DNA of 63,526 bases, filler included, from Octopus bimaculoides (Eukaryota), in assembly GCF_001194135.2 (NCBI RefSeq). It is 4 parts of 4 records of this genome, joined end to end, with 100 filler letters (N's around TTAATTAATTAA, not from the genome) between each part and the next. Parts side by side here need not be neighbours in the genome. Positions count along the whole stretch, not along the records: positions 1 to 24,986 come from NC_068987.1; 3 more parts are not named here. One strand, written 5' to 3'. The position numbers were made by a program, and so were the translations under genes. This document shows positions 10,990 through 23,651 of this stretch, one piece after another (within the stretch, counting starts at the first letter, position 1; each line of letters starts with the position of its first letter). The notes under the pieces were generated by a model. It searched no databases and had not been told where the DNA came from. It worked only from the letters and a program-made list of their open reading frames with translations.

Positions 10990-13274
10990 TCACACATCTA
11001 TATATGTGTGTGTGTGTGTATATATGTAAATGTGTGTATGTGTGTATATTCATATATATATATACACACATGCACACACACACACACATATGGAAAGACA
11101 TGTCTTGTACTCATCTTTGATGTAGTTTATTTCTATATTTTTATTCACCTTCCCTCACTCCCACCATTACTAATCACTACATATTCGAGTTACCGGACAT
11201 TTTAAACTCCACCACTAGAGAGCAGCCAGCATGGCGGCTAACTAAAGAAATTCAGGTCAATTTTGCTAGCAATATTTACTTCTGATTAATGAGTAAATAA
11301 ATTATTATTTTGCTTCCTGATTTAGTTTCATTGCTCATTGAAGAACTAGTTTCCAAAACAGGGTGTAATGTGTTTTTTTAATTTTTTTTATTTTCTCTTC
11401 CTCCTGTTTTTCCTATTTTGGTGTTGTTCATAAATAGATATCAAGTCCTTGAAAAAGTCCTTGAAAACATCCCAATTGAATTAATTTAGATGAAGCTATT
11501 TTAAGCCCTCCTTAAAATTAAAACTGCTTGGATTAAGCATCATTAATGAAATGGACAGCACCCTCATTTTGTACTGTCCAAAAGGTAGAATATAAAACAA
11601 AAAAATGGAAAAGAAATGAACAGAGTGCAGGTATGGCTGTGTGGTTAAGAAGCTTGCTTTGCTTCCACATGGTTTCAGGTTCAATCTGAAGTAGGAGTCC
11701 AGAGAGTGCTGGAGGAAGCAGATGTATCTGGATAAATTAGGGCATGCAGCAAGACAGCTGTTTCTGTCTTTCTGTCACACTCTAACCTTTCATCATCTGG
11801 CACAAGATGACCTCTTCCAATTCCAAAGGATCTTTGTCTTGCAAGTTTTTTGGTGACCCTGCCAGTGCTGGTGCCATGTGAAAAGCATCCAGTCCACACT
11901 GTAAAGTGGTTGGCATTTGGAAGGGCATCCAACTGTAAAAACCTTGACAAAACTGGTCTCACCTGTGCTGGTGCCAAAGCACTCAGTCCACTCTGCTGGG
12001 TTGTTGGTGCTAGGAAGGGCATCCAGTCATAAAAACCATGCCAAAACAGACACTGAAGCCTGGTGCAGTCGTCTGCCTAGCCAGCTCCTGTTAAACCATC
12101 CGACCCATACCAAAATGAAATGTAGATGTTAAATGCTGCCACCGTTCTCAACCTGGGTCCATACCCTTGGAGATTCATTTAAGATTTAATTCCTAAAATT
12201 TATGTGTCTGTTAAATATATATATATATATATATATAATTAATTTACAAAGGTATCGTTAATTCTATTATTATCCAATGTAACTATTTTGAGAATGATAA
12301 TAGCAGAATCAATGATACAGGCGATAGCAGGCCAAAAAAATAGCATTAAATAGCCGAGGGATTAAAATTAATCAAAGGACATACCAAGTATGTCTACCTG
12401 TTTGAAATAACAGTCACAACTTGTTATTAAATTGCCAAAAATACACTGGTGTAAAGCAGGGGTCAAGCAGAGTTAGCAAGAAGTCAGAGGGGTCCATTGG
12501 TTAAAAAAATGGCTGAGAACCACTGAGTTAGGTGATGAAAACACTGACTGTCTTCCTTCCTTCCTACCTACCCCACCTCCCATCCCACTCATCCCCTCCC
12601 ACCCTTCATCCAACCCCCCTCCTCTTCCAAACCTCCCCATCTCTCCTTTCTTTCTTTCTTTCTTTCTTTCNNNNNNNNNNNNNNNNNNNNNNNNNNNNNN
12701 NNNNNNNNNNNNNNNNNNNNNNNNNNNNNNNNNNNNNNNNNNNNNNNNNNNNNNNNNNNNNNNNNNNNNNNNNNNNNNNNNNNNNNNNNNNNNNNNNNNN
12801 NNNNNNNNNNNNNNNNNNNNNNNNNNNNNNNNNNNNNNNNNNNNNNNNNNNNNNNNNNNNNNNNNNNNNNNNNNNNNNNNNNNNNNNNNNNNNNNNNNNN
12901 NNNNNNNNNNNNNNNNNNNNNNNNGTGTGGTTGGGAAGCAAACTTCTTATTTCCTTACTGCCCACAAGGGGCTACACACAGAGGGGACAAACAAGGACAT
13001 ACAAACGGATTAAGTCGATTATATCGACCCAGTATATAACTGGTACTTATTTAATCGACCCCGAAAGGATGAAAGGCAAAGTCGACCTCGGCGGAATTTG
13101 AACTCAGAACGTAACGGCTGACGAAATACCGCTAAGCATTTCGCCCGGCGTGCTAACGTTTCTGCCAGCTCGCCGCTTTCTTACTACAAACTTCTTACTA
13201 CACGGCTATCCCCATGCATATTTATTTATTTATTTATTTATTTATTCATTTATCTATTTATTTATTTATTTCAG

Positions 13275-13441
13275 ACTACAAATTTCTTGGAATAATGAAA
13301 CGACAGTTTCCCGAAGTACCAATTCTAGGTTTGACTGCGACAGCCACCGTCAAAGTGTTGAATGATGTCAAAAAAATACTATGCTTAAATGATTGTATTT
13401 TATTCCGTGCTTCTTTCAACAGACCAAACCTTTTCTATGAG
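13275..13441 (+). CDS. RECQL: RecQ1 helicase exon with motif III
   Basis: tttcag|ACTAC...GAG|gtgatt. Encodes [56 protein letters not shown]. Confidence 0.97.
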
Positions 13442-14365
13442 GTGATTATGCTTTGTGTAATTTGGTATGTTGTCTTTTATCTTTTGCTTGTTTCACTCAT
13501 TGGACTGTGACCATTCTGGAGCCTTGAAGGTTTTTAGCTGAACAAATTGACCCTGGGATTTATGGCTCCTTTTTTTTTTTTTATTTGAAGACTGGTTTTT
13601 ATTCTATCAGACCCTTTTGCTGAACTGGTAAGTTATGGGGATGTAAACAAACCAACACCAGTCGTCAACCAGTGATGGTGGTGTGTGTGTGGCAAACTCA
13701 AAGACACACATAGACACACACACACACACACACACACATTTTATGTATATTTACACATATATGTGTGTGTATGTATATGTATGTGTATATATATATATAT
13801 ATGTGTGTGTATGTATATATAAATATATATATACACACACATACACACACAATGGGCTTCCACACACACACACACACGCACACACACACACGCACACACA
13901 CACGCACACACACACATATATATATATGATAGACTTCCACATAGTTTCCCTCTACCAAATTCATCCACACAGCATTGATTGCTCAGGGACTATAAAAGAC
14001 ATTTGCTCTGGGTGCCGTGCAGTGGGACTGAACCCCAAAACCCTGTGATTCCATAGCAAGCTACTTAACCATACAACTATACATGGCCACCTATTGTTGA
14101 TAAATCATGAATAATCTATTTTTTACTTCTATTTTAAGAAAGTCTATTTTAAACCCAAGAGTACCTGCGATTAATAACTCTTTACTTCCTCTGAGTAATC
14201 AGATAGTCACATCTTTTCCTAAAGCCTCTTGAAAGTAAAGTAGGTAATGATATTGTGCTGTAAGTCCATTAGTAGGTGGCTTTTTTTTTTGAAACATATA
14301 CAGACTATGAACATGAATCTGATGAATTTCTTTGGTATATATTTAGTAAAAGCTTCCGTCCGCAC

Positions 14366-14410
<45 letters not shown>

Positions 14411-14714
14411 AGTATGTGTGTATGTGTGTGTGCAGTCATGACCACCATTCTCCCCCTCCATCAGCCCTCAGAAAATCTTATGATAATTCCTGAAATTGTG
14501 AAACACCGCCATCATTGTCATTGTCATCGTCGTCGTCATCGTCATCACCGCTTTTAATATCCTCTTTTCTATGTTTGGTTGGATTGAACAAAACTTGTTG
14601 CGGCAAGGTTTTTCTACAGCTGGATGCTCTTCCTGGCATCAACCTGCATATATATATACTAGCAGTAATACCTGGCGTTTATTGGGTAATTATTCTTACT
14701 GTTTCTTGGGCTGA

Positions 14715-15058
14715 GAAGCTAGAAGAATGGGTATATCATATAGAAAAATAGTTTTACGGAATCCAGGTGACTGTGGTGACACTGAAAAGGCTATAGGTCA
14801 AGTGGAACATCCATTTGTCACTGTTCTTTTGACGTCTGAATAAGCAGTATGCCAAAGGAGAATTGAAAGATTCAGTTTGAACGTGAATGAAGCTAGAAGG
14901 ATAGCTATATCGCATAGAAGAATAGCTTTATGGAATCCAGGTGACTGGGTGATGGCACTGAGAAGGCCACAGGTGAAGTGGAAGACCCATTTGTCATGGT
15001 TTCTTTTGACATTTCAATATGCTCAAGGAGAAGTGAAAGATTCAGTTTCAAATCTGAA
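14715..15058. repeat. Two-copy tandem duplication, unit about 174 bp
   Basis: GAAGCTAGAAG...GGAATCCAGGTGACT...CCATTTGTCA...GAAAGATTCAGTTT starts at 14715 and again at 14889. The copies are diverged. Confidence 0.85.
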
Positions 15059-15104
15059 CCAGGATGAGATTACATCTACAGATTTGGGTTTACTCGTCCT
15101 CTAT

Positions 15105-15286
15105 GTGCTTTTTATGTGGTACCAGCACCAGTGCTTTTTATGTGGTACCAGCACCAGTGCTTTTTATGTGGTACCAGCACCAGTGCTTTTTATGTGGTAC
15201 CAGCACTAGTGCTTTTTATGTGGTACCATTACCAGTGCTTTTTATGTGGTACCATTACCAGTGCTTTTTATGTGGCACCAGTACCA
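15105..15286. repeat. 26-bp minisatellite x7 (GTGCTTTTTATGTGGTACCAGCACCA)
   Basis: Seven near-identical units counted directly (182 bp). Confidence 0.95.
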
Positions 15287-15770
15287 ATTCTTTCCACGCG
15301 ATGTTGGCACCGACAGGGTCACCAAGTACCTTGCAAGACAAAAGCCCATCATCTGAGGGCAAGGGAATAGTATTGAGTGGGTGTAGCTTTGTGTCAGTTG
15401 AGAGATTTAAGGTATAGAAGGGACAGATATAGGCATCTTACTGTAGAGTAGATACATGGATGCTGTTGAAATTGGAGGTCAGAGGTGGGGGCTGTCTAAT
15501 ATACCCATGTGTCTTTTATACTATAATATGTAATTAAATTGTTACACCTTCAGTATGGTACAATGGTAGTGTTCTTGGAAAGATGAAAAGTTAAATTCAC
15601 CTTTGCAGAATTAGAACTCATTATTTTAAGTGTTAAAACATAAAAACCTTATAAATATTTCATCTAGAACTGAAACGACCCCAGGTATGTTCATATTGTT
15701 TTTGATACAAACTTAAAAAAAAATCCCTTTCTTATTCAGCTCTAATATACATGTATATATAAATCTTTAC

Positions 15771-16102
15771 AATTGCAGCGTGGAAGGTGTTTATAAGCCA
15801 TTTAAAATAACACACAAAAACCGTTAGATTCACTTCAACATTTAAATTTAATTTGTCAAAATATTTTCGTCGCTTTGAGACCGTGACCTGTTCACTGACA
15901 AAATTCCATGCTGCATTTTATCAGTGAACATGTCGCGGTCTCAAAGTGATGAAAATATTTTGGCAAATTAGATTTAAATGTTGAAGTGAATCTAACGGTT
16001 TTTGTGTGTTATTTTAAATGGCTTATAAACACCTTCCACGCAGCAATTGTTTTCGTTCCAGCACACGATCTCAGATCAGGTCACTTACTATGCAAGTACA
16101 TC
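15771..16102. mobile_element. Palindromic Penelope-type non-autonomous element with two head-to-head hammerhead-like motifs
   Basis: Inverted arms of about 132 bp (15771-15902 / 15917-16048) plus a 54-bp tail. Flanked by the 13-bp direct repeat TATAAATCTTTAC at 15758-15770 and 16103-16115. Confidence 0.75.
15917..15967 (+). ncRNA. Candidate minimal type I hammerhead ribozyme, G3-C8 variant (mirror copy on - strand at 15852-15902)
   Basis: TTTATCA-GTGAACA-T-GTCGC-GGTCTCAAA-GTGAT-GAAA-ATAT-T-T-TGGCAAA, read as stem I, core, stem II, GAAA, palindromic stem III, UH and stem I'. Confidence 0.55.
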
Positions 16103-16277
16103 TATAAATCTTTACTTTTTCAGAAATGTCAAGGTGTTTTCTTTTTTTCTTTTCGTAATATGGTATAAAATTTGAAGAATTTTTCTGCTTTCTTTACAAA
16201 AAAGAAACAAAGCAAAACTGTAATTGATGCAACCTTGGGCTTGTTCTAATTTCTTGTCTTCTATGTGTTTTGTTCAG

Positions 16278-16359
16278 ATCCGCTCAAAATCCAGCAATGC
16301 TAAGGAAGTACTTAAAGAAATCAGTGAGGATATCCTCAAGAAATTTCGGGGTCTATCTG
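16278..16359 (+). CDS. RECQL: RecQ1 helicase exon (D1-D2 linker region)
   Basis: tgttcag|ATC...TCTG|gtgaga, phase 0-1, fitting both neighbours. Encodes IRSKSSNAKEVLKEISEDILKKFRGLSG, positionally equivalent to the RECQL segment that ends in xSG before motif IV. Confidence 0.9.
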
Positions 16360-16603
16360 GTGAGACATCTTGTTTTGTTGTTGCTTTTTGTTTGTCCTCT
16401 TGCATAGTAACAAGTAATAGCTATGAGTCCTTCTTACCATATATAGATATATATATATATATATACACTTTACAGTAACTACTTACGTTCACACGGTGAA
16501 TACTATCACCTAAAGCTATATTAAACGAAATAAACTTAAGTTACTAATAATAGGATTAAAGGATTAAGGTTGAAATTTTGACATTTTAAAAATTTTCCCT
16601 TAT

Positions 16604-16880
16604 TTAACCCTTTAATTCCACCTTAAGCTGTCATTGGTTCTATGATACAAACTTCCTGTTTTAACCCTTTTAATTCCAACATGCCTGGAATTACCTTTAG
16701 TCTTATGATATAAACTCCTTGTTTTAAAGAAATCAAAATGCAAACCTTCCATCAAAGTTTCATGCTAATTTTTATTCCAAACACTATCTTTGTAATGGCA
16801 AAATTATTTTAACAAATTCTGTATTATTTTTAAAATTAATCAAAATTAATTGAAACAGAGATTGTGCTTGATAATGATAA
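16604..16880. mobile_element. Decayed piggyBac-like MITE with a tandemly duplicated left end
   Basis: TTAA-CCCTT terminus occurs at 16604 and 16661 (about 57-bp duplication). The right terminus is not clearly recognisable. Confidence 0.35.
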
Positions 16881-17000
16881 AGTTGTTTTATTAAATTCTT
16901 TGTTGTTTAAAAAAAAAAAAAAAAAATTTTACGCTCTTCTATAGAAGGGAGTATGATAAAACAAATAGAGAGAGATGTATATAGATATGTATATGTGTGC

Positions 17001-17034
<34 letters not shown>

Positions 17035-17640
17035 ATTTGTTACTCACCACTGCTTAACAGCCAGTGTTTGTTTGTTTATGTCCTGTAAGTTAGCAGTTTG
17101 GCAAAAGAGCAAATGACCAAAGAATAAAGACAAGGCTTAAAAAAACAAAACAAAAAAAACACAAAAAAGCAGAAAATATAGTAAGTACTGTTGTCAGTTT
17201 ATTTAACCAAACCCTTCTAGGATGGTGCCCCAGGATGGCCACAGTTCAATGACTAAAATAAGTAAAAGATAAACAATAATATTCGTTTCTCTTCACTTTG
17301 TGTTTTAAATTGTCTTCAGACAGAATTGTATGGTCACAATAGTCATGTAAATTCTTCATTAATGTCCAACAAACTGGCAAAAAAAAAACTAATGCCAATT
17401 ATACTAATTGTAGTAACTAGTAACTTCTCAATTACAAACAACTATACCCTCTTAACGGTCTTGTCCTTTTTTTTTGTTTTGATTGCATTTGTTTTTGTTT
17501 TTCTTTTATTTTTCATTTCCTTCCAACCTTCTCATCTTCCTCCTTCATGTATCACGAGTCTATAGGAATGTGTTTGTGAGTGTGTGTATGTGGGTAAATA
17601 TCTATGCATGTATAAGTGTGTGTGTATGTGTGTAAATATC

Positions 17641-17671
<31 letters not shown>

Positions 17672-18686
17672 GTAAGTATATATATGTATATGTCTCTTTT
17701 ACTTGTCTCAGTCTTTTGACTGTGGCCATGCTGGAGCACCGCCTTTAGTCGAGCTAATCGACCGCAGGACTTATTCTTTAGAAGCCTAGTACTTATTCTA
17801 TCAGTCTCTTTTGCTGAACCGCTAAGTTACGGGGACATAAACACACCAGCATCGGTTGTCAAGCGATGTTGGGGGGGACAAACACACACATATAAACATA
17901 TACACACACATACATATATATATATACATATATACGACGGGCTNNNNNNNNNNNNNNNNNNNNNNNNNNNNNNNNNNNNNNNNNNNNNNNNNNNNNNNNN
18001 NNNNNNNNNNNNNNNNNNNNNNNNNNNNNNNNNNNNNNNNNNNNNNNNNNNNNNNNNNNNNNNNNNNNNNNNNNNNNNNNNNNNNNNNNNNNNNNNNNNN
18101 NNNNNNNNNNNNNNNNNNNNNNNNNNNNNNNNNNNNNNNNNNNNNNNNNNNNNNNNNNNNNNNNNNNNNNNNNNNNNNNNNNNNNNNNNNNNNNNNNNNN
18201 NNNNNNNNNNNNNNNNNNNNNNNNNNNNNNNNNNNNNNNNNNNNNNNNNNCCCTCTTAACGGTCTTGTCCTTTTTTTTTGTTTTGATTGCATTTGTTTTT
18301 GTTTTTCTTTTATTTTTCATTTCCTTCCAACCTTCTCATCTTCCTCCTTCATGTATCACGAGTCTATAGGAATGTGTTTGTGAGTGTGTGTATGTGGGTA
18401 AATATCTATGCATGTATAAGTGTGTGTGTATGTGTGTAAATATCTATATGTGTATATATATATATGTATGTGTATATGTTTGTGTGTCTGTGTTTGTCCC
18501 CCCACCATCGCTTGACAACCGATGCTGGTGTGTTTACGTCCCCGTCACTTAGCGGTTCGGCAAAAAGAGACCGATAGAATAAGTAATAAGCTTACAAAAG
18601 AATAAGTCCTGGGGTAGATTTTCTCGACTAAAAAGGTGGTGCCCCAGCATGGCTGCAGTCAAATGACTGAAACAAGTAAAAGAGTG

Positions 18687-18718
<32 letters not shown>

Positions 18719-18740
18719 TACATATATATATATATAAATA

Positions 18741-19597
18741 TCATCATCATCATCATCATCGTTTAATGTCCATTTTCCATGCTGGCATGGGTTGGACGGA
18801 TTGACTGGGGACTGGCAAGCCAGGAGGCCGCACCAGGCTCCAGTCTGATCTGGCTGTGTTTCTACAGCTGGATGCTCTTCCTAATGCCAACCATCTCGAG
18901 TGTGTAGTGGGTACTTTTTTATGTGCCACCAGCATGAGAGCCAGGCAGGTGGCACTAGCAACGACCACGCTTGCACGGTGCTTTTTACGTGCTACCAACA
19001 CAGGAGCCAGTTAGGGCGGAGAGGCCGGCATCGACCATGTTTGGATGGTGCTTTTTATGTGCCACCAGCACGGGGAGCCAGTCAGGCAGTAGTTGCAATG
19101 ACCCACGCATGCATGGTGCTTACTGCGTGCCACCAGCATGGGAGCCAGTCAGGTGGCACTGGCATCAGCCACAACTACAATTTCATTTGATTGTGATTTG
19201 ATTTTGATTTTGATTTTACTTGACTCAGCAGGTCTCAGCAAGCACGGAAATTCGCCTGACAATTCAAAGGTACTTTTTAAATGGGCTGGTTATGCAACAC
19301 TGGTGTAGGCTACGGCTGTGATCTCACTTTATTTGCCAGATCTTCCCAATCACAGCATATTTCCAGAGGTCTTGGTCTTTCATCATTGCCTCTGTGAGGC
19401 CCAACGTTCGAAGGTCAAGCTTCACCACCTCATTCCATGTCTTCCTGGGTCTCCCTCTACTACGGGTTCCTTCCACTGTTAGTAAGTGACACTTCTTCAC
19501 ACAGCTCTCCTCATCCATGCGCAGCACATGACCATACCAGCGCAGTCGTCTCTCTTGCAGACCACATCTGATGTTTCTTATATTCCCAACATTTCTC
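18741..19597 (-). mobile_element. RTE-type LINE 3' fragment with long 3' UTR ending in (GAT)n
   Basis: Minus ORF RCGLQERRLRWYGHVLRMDEESCVKKCHLLTVEGTRSRGRPRKTWNEVVKLDLRTLGLTEAM carries the RTE C-terminal RLRW.GHV.R/GRP..TW motif. UTR-only relatives at about 4945-5245, 7125-7270, 7550-7700, 8960-9075, 9205-9360, 11850-12135 and 23940-24110. Confidence 0.85.
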
Positions 19598-19872
19598 TCA
19601 GGGCACTTATATATATATAGGTGCAGGAGTGGCTGTGTGGTAAGTAGCTTACTTACCAACTACATGGTTCCGGCTTCAGCTCCACTGTGCGGCACCTTGG
19701 GCAAATGTCTTCTACTATAGCCTTGGGCCAACTAAAGCCTTGTGTTTGTTCCCCCACCATTGCTTGACAACCGATGCTGGTGCATTTATGTACCTGTAAC
19801 TTAGCGGTTTGGTGGTGTTCCAAAATGGCCGCAGTCAAATGACTGAAACAAGGAAAAGAATAAAAGAATCAA

Positions 19873-19903
<31 letters not shown>

Positions 19904-20678
19904 NNNNNNNNNNNNNNNNNNNNNNNNNNNNNNNNNNNNNNNNNNNNNNNNNNNNNNNNNNNNNNNNNNATACATACATACACATGTATATGATATATGT
20001 ATGTATGTGTGTGTATACTATATAAACATATATACGTATATATATATATATTTCCCAACATTGCTGAAGTCTAATCACTTAAACCAATAAAAGACGACAC
20101 ACACACACATATATATATATATGCATGTATATACACACATATATATATATGCATGTATACAATTGTGTGTCTAGTCAGACAGTAACCCGATCCATTTGAC
20201 CTGATATCATTCTATCTACTCTCATTAATTATTTTAAACTTATTCTGGAAGTGCAATGGCCCAGTGGTTAGGGCAGCGGACTCGTGGTCGTAGGATCGCA
20301 GTTTCGATTCCCAGACTGGGTGTTGTGAGTGTTTATTGAGCAAGAACACCTAAAGCTCCACGAGGCTCTGACAGGGGATGGTGGCGAACCCTGCTGTACT
20401 CCTTTCCCTACGTCTTTCTCTCACTCTTTCTTCCTGTTTCTGTTGTACCCGTATTTCAAAAGGGCCAGCCTTGTCACACTCTATGTCACGCTGAATCTCC
20501 CCGAGAACTACATTAAGGGTACAGATGTCTGTGGAGTGCTCAGCCACTTGCACATTAATCTCACGAGCAGGCTGTTCTGTTGATCGGATCAACTGGAACC
20601 CTTGTCGTTGTAACCGATGGCGTGCCATGATTTTAATCTTATTGGTTGTTTTCAAATCATTCTCCTTTGTTTGTGCAG

Positions 20679-20827
20679 GTATTGTGTATTGTTTCTCTCG
20701 GAAAGAGAGTGAAGATGTCACTGTAGGTCTACGAGAGCTTGGTGTCCGAGTAGGCTGTTACCATAGCGATCTAACTTCGAGCCATCGCAGGAAAATTCAC
20801 AAAGCATGGCTTGCTAACAACATACAG
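20679..20827 (+). CDS. RECQL: RecQ1 helicase exon with motif IV
   Basis: ttgtgcag|GT...CAG|gtaaga. Encodes GIVYCFSRKESEDVTVGLRELGVRVGCYHSDLTSSHRRKIHKAWLANNIQ. Confidence 0.96.
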
Positions 20828-21290
20828 GTAAGAGAGTTACATTGAATCATTATAGAATTGCACCTGCTGAACACATTATGAATGGTGTGCAACTGTTTTG
20901 TTACATCTGGTACCAGTGCTTTTTACAAACAGAGGGAGCTTCTGTGTGATGGTTAGAAATAGCAGCCAAATCTCTCTCAAACCATGCTGCCTTAGAATTT
21001 ATAGGATAATTGTTGCCTAAGAAATGATTGTATGACATTGTCTGGAATTGCCTTTGATGTGTCTGTGTGTATGTGTGTGTGTGTGTGTGTGTATATCTAT
21101 GTGTGTGTGTTTTTGTGTCTGTGTTTGTTTCGTCAACACCGCTTGACAACATTAGCAGTTCAGCAAAAGAGAGCAATAGAATAACTACTGGGGTTAAAAA
21201 AATATGTCCTGGGGGTCGATTTGTTTGACTAACACCCTCCCAGGTGGTGCCCCAGCATGGCTGAAGTCAAATGACTGTAACAAGTAAAAG

Positions 21291-21336
<46 letters not shown>

Positions 21337-21848
21337 ATATACACTTGGCTAATCTATCACGTTAAGGGGCGGACGGTCTGCTTAAAGCTAAATGGACTTG
21401 ACCGTCACATGATAAAACAAAATGGGTACCTAAAGGTAAAGAGGCAAAATGTGGATACCTAAAGGTAAAGAGTGATCATACTTCTGCTACAACCCTAACC
21501 ACTGAGCCATGCTCCTTCACATTATCATGAAATATCTATTCATTAATAATATTAATATTACTTCTGATATAAATTAATGACTCCACCCAAAGATTTGTTT
21601 TGCAAGTCACTTTTAATGGCCATCTCCCACAAGGTTTCCTGTTCTGGTTGTAACCTTTACAAACATCCGTGGCTAAGATTGTTTCCAGTTTTCTGGAAAC
21701 GTCCCAAACATCAAAAACATAATTAAAAGTCTAATGTCAGATGTAAAAGTGGAAGTGGACCTAACTTCATTATTAGAGAGTCCAAAGCCAAAACAAACAA
21801 ATGTCTGTCTATTTATTTGTCTACACACACATACACACGCAATTACAT

Positions 21849-21893
<45 letters not shown>

Positions 21894-22630
21894 TATATGC
21901 AGATGTGACTGCGTGGTATGAAGTTTGCTTCCCAATCATGTGGTTCCAGGTTCAGTCCCACTGTGTGGCACTTCAAGCGAATGTCTTCTACTATAGCCTT
22001 GGGCTGAACAAAGCTTTGTGAGTCGACTTGGTTGATGGAAACTGAATGAAACTTGCCATATGTGTGTATGTGTGTGTGTGTGTGTGTGTGTGCCTTTGTG
22101 TATGCAACAAAAATATTTGTTGTATTCAAATAAATGACATTGGGAAGAATTAAAATACATGAGAAAAAAACAATTGAGTTTATCTGAGAGCCCAATATAT
22201 ATATATATATAGATATAAAATTAAGGAGAGGAGAAAACAAATTCAAAGGCCGATGTATATATTGATTCAATCCATATTAACGAAATTCTCCATGGTATGC
22301 AAAGTACATATATAGATGCATTCATCTATATGATATATAAAAAATTTCTAAGAATTTATAAATACGTACACATACATGAAAATTTATAAATATTTAAAAA
22401 TTCATAAATATAAATATATAAAAATTTTAAGTCCAGATGAAGTCCAGATGCAAAGTCCAGATGAAGAGGACGATAAAGCGGATGTAAAATGATTCATACG
22501 GAGTCTGGAACATGTATAAAGTCATAAAATCGGATGTTTGATCAAACCATTATCTTCGGGCATATGATGTTAAACACAATGTTTAATATAAGGTATATTA
22601 TGACGCTATATATAATATAAAGTTTTAGAA

Positions 22631-22779
22631 GGCGCAGAAGTGGCTGTGTGGTAAGTAGCTTGCTTACCAACCACATGGNNNNNNNNNNNNNNNNNNNNNN
22701 NNNNNNNNNNNNNNNNNNNNNNNNNNNNNNNNNNNNNNNNNNNNNNNNNNNNNNNNNNNNNNNNNNNNNNNNNNNNNNG

Positions 22780-22810
<31 letters not shown>

Positions 22811-22973
22811 TTGTTTATATATATATATGTATATATATATATTTGTAGATATATATATTTGTATATATATATATTTGTATATATATATATTTGTATATAT
22901 ATATATATTTGTATATATATATATTTGTATATATATATATANNNNNNNNNNTATATTTGTATATATATATATT

Positions 22974-23020
<47 letters not shown>

Positions 23021-23267
23021 TTGTATATATATATATATGTGTATGTGTGTGTATATATGTTTGTGTCTGTGTTTGACCCCCCCTAACATCGCTTGACAAC
23101 CGACGCTGGTGTGTTTACGTCCCCGTAGCTTAGCAGTTCGGCAAAAGAGATCGATAGAATAAGTACTAGGCTTCTAAAGAATAAGTCCTGGGGTCGATTT
23201 GCTCGACTAAAGGCGGTGCTCCAGCATGGCCACAGTCAAATGACTGAAACAAGTAAAAGAGTAAGAG
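22631..23267 (+). mobile_element. tRNA-derived SINE, family B (GGAGTGGCTGTGTGGTAAG head, internal TA/CA microsatellite, TGTTTGTCCCC...GACTGAAACAAG 3' half)
   Basis: Head, gap/microsatellite and 3' half are in register. Many half copies occur, e.g. 6335-6545 (-), 9830-10030 (-), 13850-14075 (-), 17695-17890 (-), 18478-18685 (+), 19620-19870 (+), 21900-22065 (+), 24185-24335 (-), 56805-57020 (+), 63339-63503 (+). Confidence 0.85.
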
Positions 23268-23366
23268 TTCATAATATAAAGAAAGGCTAAATTATGTCTT
23301 TTTTAATGCTATGTAGGATTACACTATCTAACATGTTCTTTTCATATTCAATATGGTAGGGTGTGA

Positions 23367-23651
<285 letters not shown>

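Noticed and set aside
15064-15417. Repetitive Cys/Trp-rich ORFs over the 26-bp array
   Set aside because: The peptide periodicity (26 aa = 3 units) is a by-product of the minisatellite, which is open in several frames and lies within a RECQL intron.
16049-16085. Possible extra hammerhead in the palindrome tail (CTGAGA-TCGT...ACGA-AAA on minus)
   Set aside because: The core lacks N7, and stem II and G12 cannot both be satisfied.
17447-18450. Identical block of about 200 bp (17447-17650 and 18251-18450) either side of an N gap
   Set aside because: Identity plus position at contig ends next to (TA)n suggests redundant contig overlap or haplotype duplication rather than a biological repeat. It needs long reads to resolve.
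21600-21830. FTNIRG-like string suggesting a LINE AP-endonuclease start
   Set aside because: Only a 6-residue match followed by a stop, with no further motif support.
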